Shown here one piece after another: positions 1 to 13,059 of a stretch of DNA of 64,000 nucleotides (position 1 is the first letter of the stretch; each line of letters begins with the position of its first letter). The DNA is taken from positions 33,976,001 to 34,040,000 of the forward strand of contig CM060733.1 in the NCBI GenBank assembly GCA_030704615.1. Reading direction: 5' to 3'. The stretch comes from Takakia lepidozioides (lineage: Eukaryota; Plantae; Bryophyta). The notes under the pieces are model-generated. The model saw only the letters and a program-made list of their open reading frames with translations, searched no databases and was not told the DNA's origin. The position numbers and the translations under genes are program-made.

Positions 1-881
1 GCGCTAGGGCTTTAGGCTCAGCCTCAAGATTTTCAAAGTTGGTGAACAGAGGTGCAGGAACAAAGGTATTGCTGTTACTGAAGTGGGTCATTCTCTGGTG
101 AGAATACCCTGGACAATGTATCAGAGAATGGATATTGTCTTCAGGCTGCCCACACATCGTACCCTAGGGAGCAAGAAAGCCAGGAAAAAATAACCCTGCA
201 AGGTCAATTACAATCTCCTTTCCTTTCTGCGTCTGTTTTTTGTTCAAAGGTAGGCTCCCCACCCTGAGCTTAAATTTCAACCAAGTGCCTAGGGAAGATA
301 GGCCCTTCGGATCATCCTTAAGGTCCTCCCCCATGTTACAGACTGGAAACAAGTTCAGGGAAGTTTTACCCCTAACCTCTTCATCGGCCAGTCTTTGGGC
401 ATCTGACACATGGGCTTAGACTCAACAACCTCCAGGTCAGCTTCATCTAGCAGGGTCAATTGTTCTGGGCTAAAATTCAGATACTTGAAAATGACTTGTA
501 CCCTCTTCCCCCAGGATTTACCCTGTTTAACAGGATAGTGCTTCCACGATATAGTCCATTATCATAGGGTATCTGGTATTAGACATGCGATTCAACTGAC
601 CCACCTTGAACAACTCATCACGTCTAGAGCTTAAGGGAGGTATGCCAAACTTGCCCCGAATAGCCATTGATAGCTGTTGTGGAGCATGCTCTCTTTGAGG
701 ACCGCAACCTCATGGACTCTAGAGATTTAGAATGGTTGGAGTTGTACCCACACAGCAGATGCGTACTCCAATGCAGGCCTTATGACCCTGCAAAGCATGG
801 TCCTTTTAAATTCAGTATTGATCCCTCTGCAGTGGAAAATTTTATTGAGACCCCAAGCTTTGCGTTTAACTGATTGAAATG
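1..881 (-). mobile_element. Degenerate non-LTR retrotransposon (LINE) ORF2, post-RT and C-terminal region
   Basis: Minus-strand translation across frameshifts gives 'INTEFKRTMLCRVIRPALEYASAVW' (RT thumb) near 750-830. Positions 1-160 are homologous to the Cys/His C-terminal region at 1230-1390. Confidence 0.75.
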
Positions 882-1034
882 TTCAGAGAGAATGTACTCA
901 TAAGACTTTGTTTGCCGTAGCCTTCAGAGAGAGAGAGAGAGAGAGAGAATGTACTAATAAGACTTTGTTTGCCGTAGCCTTCAGAGAGAGAGAGAGAGAG
1001 AGAATGTACTCATAAGACGTTGTTTGCCGTAGCC
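882..1034 (-). repeat. Three tandem copies of the LINE 3' terminus, each ending in (TC)n-TGAA
   Basis: The plus-strand unit ttc(ag)n-aatgtactcataagac(t/g)ttgtttgccgtagcc starts at 882, 923 and 980. The third copy contains the stop codon of ORF 1010..1519. Confidence 0.9.
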
Positions 1035-1400
1035 TTGTGGCCATCGACCCCGTGCCCAATTTGAGCGGAACACAAAGGGTCAGAACCTACCTCTGTTAGG
1101 GGCTGACGTCGGTTGTAAGACTTACCTTGAAATAAAACATTGATCCGGGTTTTCCAGATATCCTCTAGAAATCCCTTCACACAAGCATCAATCTGCTGTG
1201 TGTGGTTTGCCCAATAACTAGGCCCCAGAAGGGCCTGGGTTTTTGGCTCAGCCTCAAGACTTTCAAAGTTGGTAAACAGAGGTACAGGCACAATTCCCTT
1301 GATAGATTTGAGGAGAGCGTCTCTCTGGTGAGAGAACCCAGGACAGTGAATCAAAAAATGAATATTGTCTTCAGGTTGCCCACACAACGGGCAATTGCAC
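1010..1400 (-). mobile_element. 5'-truncated LINE 3' end (C-terminal zinc-binding region)
   Basis: ORF 1010..1519 contains CPLCGQPEDNIHFLIHCPGF...FLEDIWKTR, typical of LINE ORF2 C-termini. Confidence 0.8.
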
Positions 1401-1439
1401 TCTCCCTTTCCTCTCTCTCTCTCTCTCTCTGTCTCTCTC

Positions 1440-1549
1440 CTACAGCCAAGAGATCCCGGTCCTCCCTTCCTACACTTACCTGGGCGTTGAGTTTTCCTCC
1501 AATTGTAATTGGGATGCACATATCCGGAAAGTTGTTCAAACTGGCAAGG
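1440..1549 (+). mobile_element. LINE RT fragment (YxYLG region) in opposite orientation, between (CT)n and (GA)n tracts
   Basis: Plus-strand translation SQEIPVLPSYTYLGVEFSSNCNWDAHIRKVVQTGK. Confidence 0.7.
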
Positions 1550-3092
1550 AGAGAGAGGGAGAGAGAGAGGGAGAGAGCAGGAGAGAGAGGGAGAGGGAGA
1601 GAGTGGACAAAGTTATAGAGGCAAAGACAAGTTGCAAGGGAGGGAGACAGTATTTAGATAATGAAGATCCTCCAGTCTACAGCTATTTGACTCCCTGTCC
1701 ATCAGATTGTTCCTGCCCAAGCCATGTCTCTCCCCTCCCATTGTGCATGTCTCCATGATCACCTGAAGCCTTGTCTTGAAGTGGATTCTTGAAGGTGGCT
1801 ACAAATTCAACTATTGTGTCTAGTTTCACTGCCAACCATTCTTTTGAGTGAAATGACAGTGTTGTTGTTGAACTGTTTTGTCCAAATATTTAAATCAGGT
1901 TGGGTGGTTGGCCATGGCAGGTTGTAGCAAAGCTGCCAAGGGACCTGTCTGTGAAGCTACCCAACATTAAGACCACCGGGGAGGTAACAATTCCACTAAT
2001 CAGATGTGAATAGGCTTTGCAAAGACAACTCTTGAGCTTGCGATCATGTTTTTCCTGTGTCTAAATCATCTCATTATTGGATCGTCTAGAATAGAGACCT
2101 CAATTGAGTGGTGGTGCCTACATTTTTGACACTGGCAATGTCGCACGCTGTCCAGCAAGGTACTATTAAACCACAAAGACATCTTTAGGGGAGTGCACCC
2201 TCACAGCCAGGTGCAAAGCTCCAGGCAACCTGATGTTCAATTCAGGATACATCTGATTGTTGAAACAATGCATGTGTCCAGTGCTCATTTTGGAGGCCCT
2301 GGGTCCAAACTGATTTACTGCGTGTACAAAGAAAATGAAAATTTTGGTTTTCTGTGTGGTTCTGATATCAGCTGCTGGAGCAGATGCCAGCTGTCATTGT
2401 GGCACTGGATGCCCACTTAGACAACGCCTATCAAGGGTTTGTCTCTTCAAAGCCTCAACTCAATCTTTCTGTCTGCTGATGTATATAGAGGATTTATATG
2501 GGAATTTCCAGATGCTTCAAAATCAAACCAGAATGCACTTGGAACTCTTCCTATGTCTTGTGTTTCTTGATCTGAAATTATGCCCCATCCCGGATGTGAC
2601 AGTGCTTTGCTGCTGCAAGATGTAAGATCTATTCTCCTGGATGACACAAGCAGGGCTGAAGTGCACCTGCTGACAGACACTACGAAGGATCTGGGCCATG
2701 GGCAGTGAGAGACCAAGTTCTCTATGTAATATCTGCTGCGATTGTACTCTGCTGTTTTCCCCTGTTCAGAAGTTTTACTCAAGAAATGCTTTGCTTGACA
2801 AGTCTGTTGTGCGGCCTGCCCCGTGGGGACAATGTTCTAGCCCTTCACAGCTTGTGAACAAAGATTTGGATGATACCTCTTCACAGCCCTGCACACTAAA
2901 GTTGTAGATAATAGGAACATAAAGCAGGTTGCAAGAGGAATGAAATTGCCAAAAAACTCGTACTCTTTCAAGGAAGGCAAATGCACTGAGTCATAAGCTA
3001 TGAATATTTCTGTAGAGCAAAGTCTGGTGTGTGTTGTTGAGTCAAAACCCCTAGTGCATAGCACTGCACAGTTTGACGAATAATTGAGGACG

Positions 3093-6000
3093 TCAAAGGA
3101 GGTCAAAAAAGTAGTCCAACCCTTGCCCTATCTCCCAAATTGAAAGACCTGTACCCCAGGCATCTGCTTCTTCAAGCCTCAGAGACAGTGACTTCAAGGT
3201 GGGGTAATACACTGCGTGCTTCCCATTGTCATGTTCATACTCGAAGTAATGCTCCTCACTTTCATCATCCCAGGTAAATTCTGGCTTGTGTTGGTCTAGA
3301 AGTGAAATGTACTGGTGGCCAACGATTGGTCCTCCACCTGATAAGAGGTTTTTCAGATTGTGAACTTCAAGGAGAGATGCCAAGTAAAGTCACGGAGCTT
3401 GTAATAGCAGCCAAACAGACCAAAAGGTTTCCCATAATCTGCTCTTCACACACTTTTTGGAAATTGTCTAGGTGTCCACTATATCGCTCGCAGTGGGACT
3501 TCATTTGCAGAAATTATGCATGGTAATACCAGAGGCATCTCAATCCTATGTGTGTTTGTCAGATTTGGGAATCTTCAATGCTACATCACAAAGAAGGATC
3601 TGACTTAAGGGGTTCCAATATACCCAAGCTGTCTGTGCACAGACAGCTATAATGAATTGTCTCTACACCCTTGGATACAGGGTAAGAGCTGAACTTACAA
3701 CAAACATGAAAATACTGAAACAAAACGAACAGGTGCAGCATTGGAGAGTTGGAGCCAATCAAACATGTAACAAGTTGACAGGCTGGAAGCACCCTGTAGA
3801 GTCCTACCATCATCCAGGTTTTACAAATAGCCTGCTCATACCTTGTGGAAGAGTAAAATCATTGCCATAAAAGTTGAAGCCCGTAAAAATGTATGAGGTA
3901 TTTTCAGTCTCTTCGTCTCTGTGTGGGCCTTTCAGTGCGTGTAGACAACTGTCCACCCAGCTGGTTGGGGCATTGGGGCCAGGCTCATTTGGGTTGGAAT
4001 AATCGTATGTCATAAGAGAAAACCCATCGACTGAGCCCTCCAGGAAAGTGATATCGGCAGCTGTAAATGCTCGGGGATCCCGCTTCTTTTGAGAGGGTGG
4101 AGGGATAACAAAAATGAACTGCATCCGATGGTCTTGATCACCAGCACTCGATGCTGTCATTGAATGCAATGTGGACCCGAGGGCTTGGATAAACTCCAAT
4201 GCCTACAAAGACAGTTGCTTCAGACACAAACTCCAATGCAAGGACGCTCTCACGACAGTCAGCACTCAACAACCAATCAAGCAAGCAAAAAGCACAGAAC
4301 CTCTGACTGCTTGTGTGATCCACTGCCTGGCTTACCACTAACCAGTAAACAAACACAATCCCAAATCATTTTTCATAAGCATTCACTGCATTCAAACGAC
4401 CATACCAATCCCAGAAGAATGCATGGCAGAGCCTGCTTTAAAGAACAGCAAGGGTGCTATCTTGTAAAGAAAGAATTCTGGAGACAAGTCATTATCTATC
4501 AACCACAAAGTTCATCAAAGAAACCCATGAAACCTTCCTAGAAAGAGGAAGTCTGCCAGAAAAGGAAGGAGCACCTTTTGACGCAGATTTGGTTTGTCAA
4601 GAATGTGAAAGAGAGCCCATGCAGACCAAGCCTCCAATACAATTCCATCATACTCCATATTTCTGCCATCAGTTTCATTTCATTCTCTGGACAGAACGTG
4701 CACATCCTCTCAACTGACTTTCCCAAGTCTCTTTACCTGATTGAATGTCACTACTCTCCCCTCCTCTCTTGCTTCACCTTCCCATTGCTATATCTTCCAA
4801 GCTGATGTGTGAGGGCAAGAGATTACAATGCAAAACCCCAATAACATATGCAAGATACTATTGACTTAGGAAAAACTAAAAGTATCCTGCTAATTGTAGA
4901 TAAATGAACAAAACATCGTTAGTTTGCAGGCAATGTTTGCAAAGGATTACAGGATGCGACCACCAGGAATGGTGCCGTTGCAATGACACAATACAAAATC
5001 CTACAGTTGAACCACTAAACCAACTAACACAGCATAGTCCAAACATTGCACGAACACAAAAGTGGTTTATTCAGGTAAGGTGCTAGACAGAGACAGACAG
5101 ACAGAAACTTTCAGAATCTTACTTGCACTCAGATGCAATGAGGTCAATTGCTTCCTGTCTCTCTGTAGGCTGTAGCAGCATGTCTAGAGGCCAGCCTTCC
5201 AAGACAAATCGCGGTAAAATCTGTTTTTACATTCCCACTGGATAGGAACTTTGAATAAAACGTCAGTGAGAAGGAGAAATCTTCATCCAAAAGATAGGGA
5301 CAATCTTATCATCATAAGACAATTCTTTTTATATGAGGATTTACATGTACTGAACAGCAAGTTACAAAAATAGCCTTCACCTAAATTTTATTTTGTGGGA
5401 GTGTGATTTACCATATGTCTCCGACAGAGAGGGATGAAGTGGTGTTACAATTGACTTGGGTTAACAAGACAAAATGTAAAAGAATGTCTCAATGAATTTA
5501 TTGGGTCCATGGCATGACAGCTGCTACTCTAGGGATGGATACTACCCTAAAAAGCTTTTCATTGAAATGTTTGGGAGCTCCAAAACATGGAAAAGTTGTT
5601 CATACTGCATCCACAGTGGTGCCAGGAACAATGTGGTTTGAATATCCAAAATGAGTGTTTACATGTCAGAGAAGTCGTGTATGCATGCTATGAAGGTAAT
5701 TGTACCATTGGATGGCCTTGCTGGCGAACTTCAGCCATCCAGCTGGAGTCTACATCATGCTTGCCCAATAGCTCCAAGCCTTCTCTGCCTCTGAAATGCA
5801 CCCAGATCTGGTCACTCAACACAGCACCTCTGTAATTTAAGATAAATCAACTCCAAGCAGCTCATTTGATTAAAAATATCTCAACTCTCCCCATCCCCTA
5901 TCTTCCCTCCCTAGGTTTCAGCTGGGTCCAAAAGGGATCAGGATGTAAGACCATAAGGCTATCACAAGCAATGTTTAACAAGTACAGATTTTGAAGAAGA

Positions 6001-7526
6001 CCTTGCCAAAGTTTGTGCTACTATTTAATACATCCCTCATTTTCTGAGTGCAGAATATTCCAGTGGATGTTGACATGTGGTTAGTACACAGTTACAGTCT
6101 AAGGCCCACAGACCTTTTGAGCTGATACCAGACAGGGGAGACGTGTGTAAACTTGGACCGAAACTTTTTGGCCATATCATAGCCCTTTCCATTCCTGCCC
6201 ATCAAGCCACACTTGGTCAGTTTATCCCACAACTAAGCCCTATGTTCAACTACAAGGAAGCCATCCAGTGCTTTGCTATTTCCGGGTAAGAATGTTCTTC
6301 ATATTGAGTAAAGAAGAAAATTTTTACAGCCGCACTACAGTTTTGAGCGTCGGGCACAGAAATGCTCCCACTCAGTATTTGCTTTAAAGACAAAAATGCG
6401 GAGATCACTGCTACACCGAGGCAAAGAGTAGATGGAAAAGCTCAAAATAATATTTCCAAAAAGCTAAGTTATGGAATGCAGCAGGTAAGAAATCACCAGG
6501 GTGTGACATAGGCCAGCACTGGAGACAGGAAATGTCGGTGCCCAGTGTTGCTCCACGGCCTTCCATGCTCCTATATTCACCACCAGAACATGTGTACTTA
6601 GAAAAACTATGCATAAATGTCAGTGCTTGCTATACTTACCTCGTGTAAGTATACAAGACACAAAGTAGGGTTGCTCATTCAAAAAGTCCTTCATATGAGC
6701 CATGAATTCCGGCCTGCTTATTCCACTCGCAGAGAGTGGTCAACCAAACCGAAGACTGCAAGACCTTTCAAGGCATACCAACATGTTTATGCAGGACTTG
6801 GTGTCTTTAAGACACAAGTGCGATGATACAGATTCCCCCCATTGGCTGGAAGGCCCACCCTGCCACTCCACAGTCCGAATGCACTTCCCAATGACTTCAA
6901 GCTGTATACATGGGGTCCAGACAATTTTTGAACCAAAGGTAATGAGGATTAGGTCGCTGATTCTGATCAAATCTTTGATTTATTGAAACAGTGCCTGAGC
7001 TGCTGGACGTTTCCAACACTGAGCTGCAAATGATCACATTGCTCTCTCAATCTGTTGTTGGGGGTCTTCCGGAGACAATGCTGCCGCAATGCCCAAGCCT
7101 GCCAATTTACTCGCTAGGGTAATATGGATAAATTTGTAGCCAGCATATGCCTCCCCAATTGCATGGACGTCTGAGTCAGAAAGCAAGACATCATCTGCGA
7201 ATCTACGAGTGTGCTTGGTGTATGAGAGAGAGGCGACCTACAGCAAGAACAGACTGATAGGAAATGTTGGTGGTGACCAGGTTGCGGTCATAGACGGATG
7301 CTTCTGCCATCCCTGTGACTATCACGTCCCCAGCTGGTGGGCTCTGAGCTTCCGTGGATTGTCTCCAGACAATGAGACAGATGAGAAGAGCTACCAGACA
7401 TAGGAAAGTGAACAAGAGAGAGTCGGCCTGCCATGCGACCGCGCTAGTGCGTCGCTTCATCGGCAGTTTGCTGTCCAGCACGGTATCTCTTGCCTCCTGA
7501 ACACCACGCCGCTGCCGCCCTGCCAT
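3093..7526 (-). CDS. CHID1: Chitinase domain-containing protein 1 (GH18, SI-CLP-like), 8 exons, 438 aa
   Basis: Exons 7526-7242, 6570-6497, 6194-6114, 5790-5706, 5220-5123, 4662-4575, 4202-3842, 3337-3093, all GT-AG, total 1317 nt in frame. Motifs: [65 protein letters not shown]. There is an N-terminal TM segment. Confidence 0.93.
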
Positions 7527-8070
7527 CGTGCCCTCCGCAGATCTGTGCACCTCCTCTCACCTCTCCACAAGGCCAAATCACATTCCGGTGCTCAACCCTC
7601 TTCTTCGATCTTTTCAATCCCCGAGACAGCTCAAAACAACTTTACTCTCCTTTCTCACACACACGTACTACTCAATTACTCCACAAATTCCAGCTTCTTC
7701 TTCAACCTTCGCGATCGAAAATCCCTGATCCAAATTTCCTGTTCAGACTCTTTTAGATTTGAACAAATAGTTAAAATCTTTGTCTAACCAAGCAGCACAG
7801 CATCTACAGTAAAATGTTGCAGGCTTGTGGGTCCATCTCAAATGGTCACAACTGTCCGTGCTTGTGCTCAGCCTGCCTCGTATCTCGCCTCAAGTACCCG
7901 CAATACACGACACAGTGCACAACGCAACACTTGGGATCTCACTAAAAGTACTCACACACACTTTGCAAGTGCCAACACTCCACACTACCTACTCTACATC
8001 GTATCGTGTATCTACCAGTGTTGGACTGGTATCATGGTTTTTTTATACCACTAGGGCAAGGGTATTGGGG

Positions 8071-8415
8071 TAGAGTTGAATTATTCAAACCAATAAGGGG
8101 CCAGGTTGGAAAGGGGGTGTCAAACCAATAAGCGGGAGTTATAGTAAGCTACAACAGGAGTTCAATTAATAACTGTCATGTAAAGGGGGGGAGGAAGGTA
8201 AGACCTATTAAATAGGGGATGGTCCATGGTTAGATTGCGGTAAGCAGTGTGGTGGTTTCTAGGAGTGGCTTGTGTCAGGCAGCCTTCTGGAAGGTCCCAC
8301 AGTTTGAGGGGTGGGCCTTCTAGAAGGGTCCCACCGTCCTACGAGCGTATATAAAGAGACCCGGCTCTCTTCCCCTACATCTTACTATCTATTTTTACTA
8401 CTTACTACTTACTAC
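8071..8415 (+). repeat. Unclassified dispersed repeat (LTR-like, with TATA-like tatataaag and a short tandem tail); inverted copy near 49860-50140
   Basis: The shared segments acctattaaataggggatggt and ccttctagaagggtcccaccg are reverse-complemented at 50115-50135 and 49920-49940. Confidence 0.6.
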
Positions 8416-8419
8416 TTAA

Positions 8420-9260
8420 CCCCTTAAGGACTGGAGGTGTTTTTGGCAATTCCGGGACCCACCCTCACATGGCTACCTGCCCACCAACGTTCATCCACGC
8501 GGATGAACCGTACAAACTGCTTCCTACCTACAAGATGCACAAGCCCCCCAAATTTAGGGAGATTCCACTGTGTAGTTTGGGAGATTATAACATTTGAAGA
8601 TGGTGCATTTTTTTTTAAATGGAAAAAACAAAGCAAAAGTTCATGTTTGACCAAGCAGATTATCCATGATCCCAAATTTTCCTGGGAGAAAAAGTGTTAT
8701 ATTCCTGTGAAGTGCACAATCCCAAACCCTCACACCAAATTTCACCCCAATCTACCAAAATGAAAGGGGGGGTGCTTTGTATGTGATTGGAATAGGGGTC
8801 CAAAAAGAGAATTTGCAAAGGAAATGGTATAGGCCCCATTGGGACCCCAAATTCTCCTTCATTTGGGAATTCCAACAGTCAGTCCCTCATAGGCCAAGAA
8901 CTACACAAGCATGCCCAAGAATTTCCCAAAAATTCCCTAAATTGCATTTGGGATGTGGGATTTTGTGAAATTTCTGGCCTCCTCTAGTCAGGCAATCGGT
9001 GGCCGGAATTTCGCCTGAATCCGGCGACGTTTTCCGGGCCACGTTGAGGTTTCCCATTATTTGCCAGGCCAACTCATTCGAGCCGTCCCTGTGTTCGTCG
9101 GCGTTTTGGGGAGGGCCTCACTAGCCCCCCACTCCAACCCCTGCATTGCCCCCCACCGCAAACCCGCGTGGATGCTGCCACCTGCCACGTCGACGGTCAA
9201 CTGCCGTGCCCCGCCCTCCACCCAAAATCCTGCAATTTCCAAACTTCAAAAAAAATGCAA
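8420..9260. mobile_element. One-ended piggyBac-like non-autonomous element fragment
   Basis: TTAA (8416-8419) is followed by CCCCTTAAGG, resembling the terminus of the complete element at 11828. No matching right end was found, and the right boundary is approximate. Confidence 0.45.
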
Positions 9261-11827
9261 ACCATGAGATAATAAATTAATAGAAGTAGAGGTAATGATG
9301 AATAACCCGCCATCAGCTGCAGCAGCAGAAACGACAAATATTACCGGTATCAACTGATGTGTAAATTTGCTAGCCTAGTATGGTATATGGTATGGTATCA
9401 AAGTGCTTCTGCATTGAAGTATTCTGCTACATTGGACCTAGGAAACACACATCCATCCCTAGGGTCATCAGGCCAATTTTTGTAAATCATAACTAGGGCA
9501 TCTAAATTCTCTATGCCCAACCTACACCTTCTCAAAACACTCCAGCCACTGAGAAGATCCTCTCTGTTTCAATTTGGCTGCCTGGTATTGCAAAGATTTA
9601 TCGGGCAAGGAATAACACATTTGGAAATCTACTCTGGTACTCCTTCCACCATGCCAATGGCTACACGTCTGCATCAACTGCAACATGGGTCATCCTGAAA
9701 GAGACTCAACTTTGACATTAACATCCCCTCACTTGCTTCTTCAGAAGAAACAGGAGCTCCAAAAAGAGATTCTATTGCGTAGGCTATTTGAGCTGGGGCA
9801 GCTGCTGCCATATTTGGATTCAAAAACTTGGCTACCTTCACCAACATAGGGAGCAGCACCTTCCTATCATATTCTTGCACCAAAACTTTAGCCTTGTCCC
9901 TGCCAATGAACTCGGTAATGCAAGACGACCCTTTGTATCTAGGGTCAAGCATTAAGGCCAGCATATTGTGTGCGTTGTCTCTAATGAAACATGTAGCAAA
10001 GGCCAAGAAAGGTGCCAAAACACCAAATGCCTTACCTCCAATTCGAGCACACAAAATCTCCAGTTCAGAGTCTGCCTCACCCAACTTGTAACGTGGAACA
10101 TGGGTTGCCCTCCTATTCTTGTCCACTTGCAACTGCCTACATATGGTAATGCAAGCCACCAATGCATCAGATAGTAACCAGTACCCTCTGATCTGGTTCA
10201 GCACACATTGTTGCACCATTGGCTTCAATGTCTCCGTCACAGCTCTTGCCACAGCCCAAGTCAAGCCACTTGGGACTCTAGTCTGCAGCTGAAGGGATTG
10301 CCTCGTGTAGCATATGTTGATGGCGGAGCTGTACTCTAATGTTTCCTGCACCCCTAACCACATATTCATTCAAAAAAATTCAGGAATGAACACTTTCATA
10401 ACTCCCCCCCAACCCTGGAATGGTCATCAACTACCTGCAGCCATGTTTCAAGCACACGCTCTGTAAGCTCAAATTCATTGAGCAACCGCTTCACCACCTC
10501 AGCTAAGGTCACCCGAGAAGTGTCTTGGACCTTGAAAATGCCCACAAGTCATATGGCGAGGAACCCACTCTTCATCTCTGAAGTTAACCACCAAGCAGAA
10601 AGTATTGAACCCACATCTCGACATCCATAGATCAAAAGTTATGGACACAGTGGCGCAATTAGCCAACAATGGCAACACAAACCTGTCCATAGTTCAAGCC
10701 AACATCGAGGGGTCACCTGGGGTTTTTGGGCGTCCACCGACATTGATAGATCGTTGAGGCGGAAGAACGCCCAAACAATGTGATAAGGCACCAAAACTTC
10801 CGGTTTTCATTCAAGGCTGCAAGGCGCACCCTCCAAATCGCTTGTTCTTCAGCAACTACACCTCATCTGGTGCCTCTTGAGTGTCACCAGCATCTTCACG
10901 CTCGTGCGTAGTACTGGCTGTGGCTTGTGTCTCGAGCCCCGATTCCACTGTGACTCCAATAGTGTCACATGCATCTGTGAAGGGAAACTCCACAGAAATA
11001 GAAATGTCAACATCTTCCATGCTTAGATCTGCTCTTGTAGAGCTTATACACGATGTGCTCAACCCCTAACCCCAAGAATATGATGCAGTTGAGATGCTAG
11101 CACGACTTCAAAGCAACAAAAAACAAAGCAAAACAACATCAGATGCACATTTAAGAAAGAAGGAGAGGAAATCCGACTGAAAACCCTACCAAACTTCTAG
11201 AAATGAAGGCGCAACCATGCAAAAACGCCTCTCAGCGCCACAATCTCTTCAAATCTGCCTCAAATCTGCCTCCATCCTCATTGAAGTGCCCTCTTGAAAA
11301 CGCTCTATGTAGTTAGTATCCCTAACCTCAAACTACCCTAGACCCTACCCTACATCATGTCCCTCAACCGACGCATGCATAGTATTGGAGTGGTAGCGCG
11401 AGGAAGAAAACCTGACTGGTATGTTTTGCGCCAGGGTTCTAGAAGTCCATGTATCCTACCCCAAGCGGGTACCTACAAGGGCAAAACCCGGCAATACCCT
11501 GGTGGTATGATCTTTGATACCATTACCCTTACCCTAGTTGATACCTGCCCAAGACCTATATACCGGTCCAACACTGGTATATACTCTAAAAGGGCAGTAG
11601 CCGCAAGGTGAGGTGGATCTTAGTTAGGTCGGCCTTGGCCGGAGTCCTCTCTCTCTCAATGGTTGGGTATTGGTGTCTTGCCTGTGTATAACCTAGGTGA
11701 TCTTGGGTTCAATCCTTCAACATGTGACTTCAAACCATCCATTGGGCCCTTGATGGATGGCATGTATGTTGAGTAGTAGGCTCTGTAAATTCACTGGATG
11801 TTAAAGAAACTTTATCTTTATCTTTAA

Positions 11828-12637
11828 CCCTTAAGTTCCCAAGCGACCTGAATCGGGTCACTTTGAATTTGCACTTCTACCTAATTTTTGCAGATCTAAT
11901 CTGATGGGGCCCACTCCTGAAGCTTTAATGACAAGGGATTTGTCTCGAGTATGATGCAAAAAAAAACCAAAAGCTGCGACTTACTAAAAATACTTAGATC
12001 TCTCATTTACGTTTTGGGGCCTGAAAAGGGTTGTTGAATGCTGATGTGGCGGGTAAACAAGCCCAAAATAGATTGCACTCCAAAGGCCATTTTTGGCAGA
12101 AAATTAGCAATTTTGGAAAAAACACTTCACCTTGTGGTGTGTGAGCATTACATACACACATCCACTGTTGGCTTTTAAAAATTTTGTAGAAAAAAAAGTA
12201 CTTCATTTGGAGGCACATTTTCTCTTGTCAATTTTGAGATTTCAACCCCCATGTAATTGCATGAATAGCAACCATAGGTGAAAAAATCAGTTGGACCTGC
12301 AATTTAGTGGGGTCATGGCCACTCCACTATTGATTTGGAAATGGTGGGTCTTGGGGCAAGCAAAATTGGATAAAGCTAGGTTTTGATTTGGTCAAACCAA
12401 TTTCTTTCTCACTTTTTCTTTGGGACCTGATATATGAGGTCCGGGCCAACGCTATAATCTCACAATTTCCACGGTGGACTTGGCTCATTTTTTGGTATGT
12501 GATGCCTAAATGAGCTGGTCCCATTGCTATAAGGCTGGAATCTCCGGATGATTTTTGGTAGGTTTCTAGGGGCAATTTACTGCAGCTGGGTACCCAAAAT
12601 TGGTAAAAAGTCAAAAAAGGGCTTGGGAACTTAAGGG
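11828..12637. mobile_element. piggyBac-type MITE (810 bp)
   Basis: Perfect 17-bp TIR CCCTTAAGTTCCCAAGC / GCTTGGGAACTTAAGGG, with TTAA on both sides (11824-11827 and 12638-12641). No coding capacity. Confidence 0.88.
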
Positions 12638-12819
12638 TTAATCTGTATATACTCTTATTACCTGTTATCTGTCTACAACCACAGTGCATACCGTCATGGC
12701 GCATTGAACATAGAATCTCATGGCCTTCAAGCATTGAACCCAGGATCTCAGGAGCTTGAGAGCATTAAATAAGTTTTGCCCTGGGCCCACCAGCCCCACC
12801 AAGGGGTCAAGAAACCTGT

Positions 12820-13013
12820 TTTTATCCCCTTGCGCCCGGTTCTCCGATTCTCACACCCAGCAGGAACCGCCGGTTCGGTGCTGCGCCGATCTTAGTAAGT
12901 TCCGGTTCCGGGTCAGGTTATGTAGGAATGGGCCCGGTACTGGTCCGGTTCCGGTTAACCTGAACTTGAACCGGCGGTTAACCTGGGTCCCGGCGGATAA
13001 CCGCCCAACACTG
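12820..13013. mobile_element. Right end of a hAT-type MITE with ccggtt/aaccgg subterminal repeats
   Basis: Ends in ...ccgcccaacactg, the same terminus type as the element at 38270-39427. Left TIR not seen. Confidence 0.55.
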
Positions 13014-13059
13014 GATCATAACAGTGTGGAGACGGGCTTGCGTGCCTGCTGGTAGCACT

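Larger units (their letters stand above)
8016..11576 (-). mobile_element. hAT DNA transposon, decayed, with nested insertions
   Basis: TIRs CAGTGTTGGACTGGTAT (8016) and ATACCGGTCCAACACTG (ending 11576). 8-bp TSD GTATCTAC / GTATATAC (7/8 match). Transposase remnants: SITFDLWMSR (10499-10690), AHNMLALMLDPRYK (9674-10369) and the dimerisation motif SQIETERIFSVAG...IYKNWPDDP (about 9460-9580). Confidence 0.9.
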
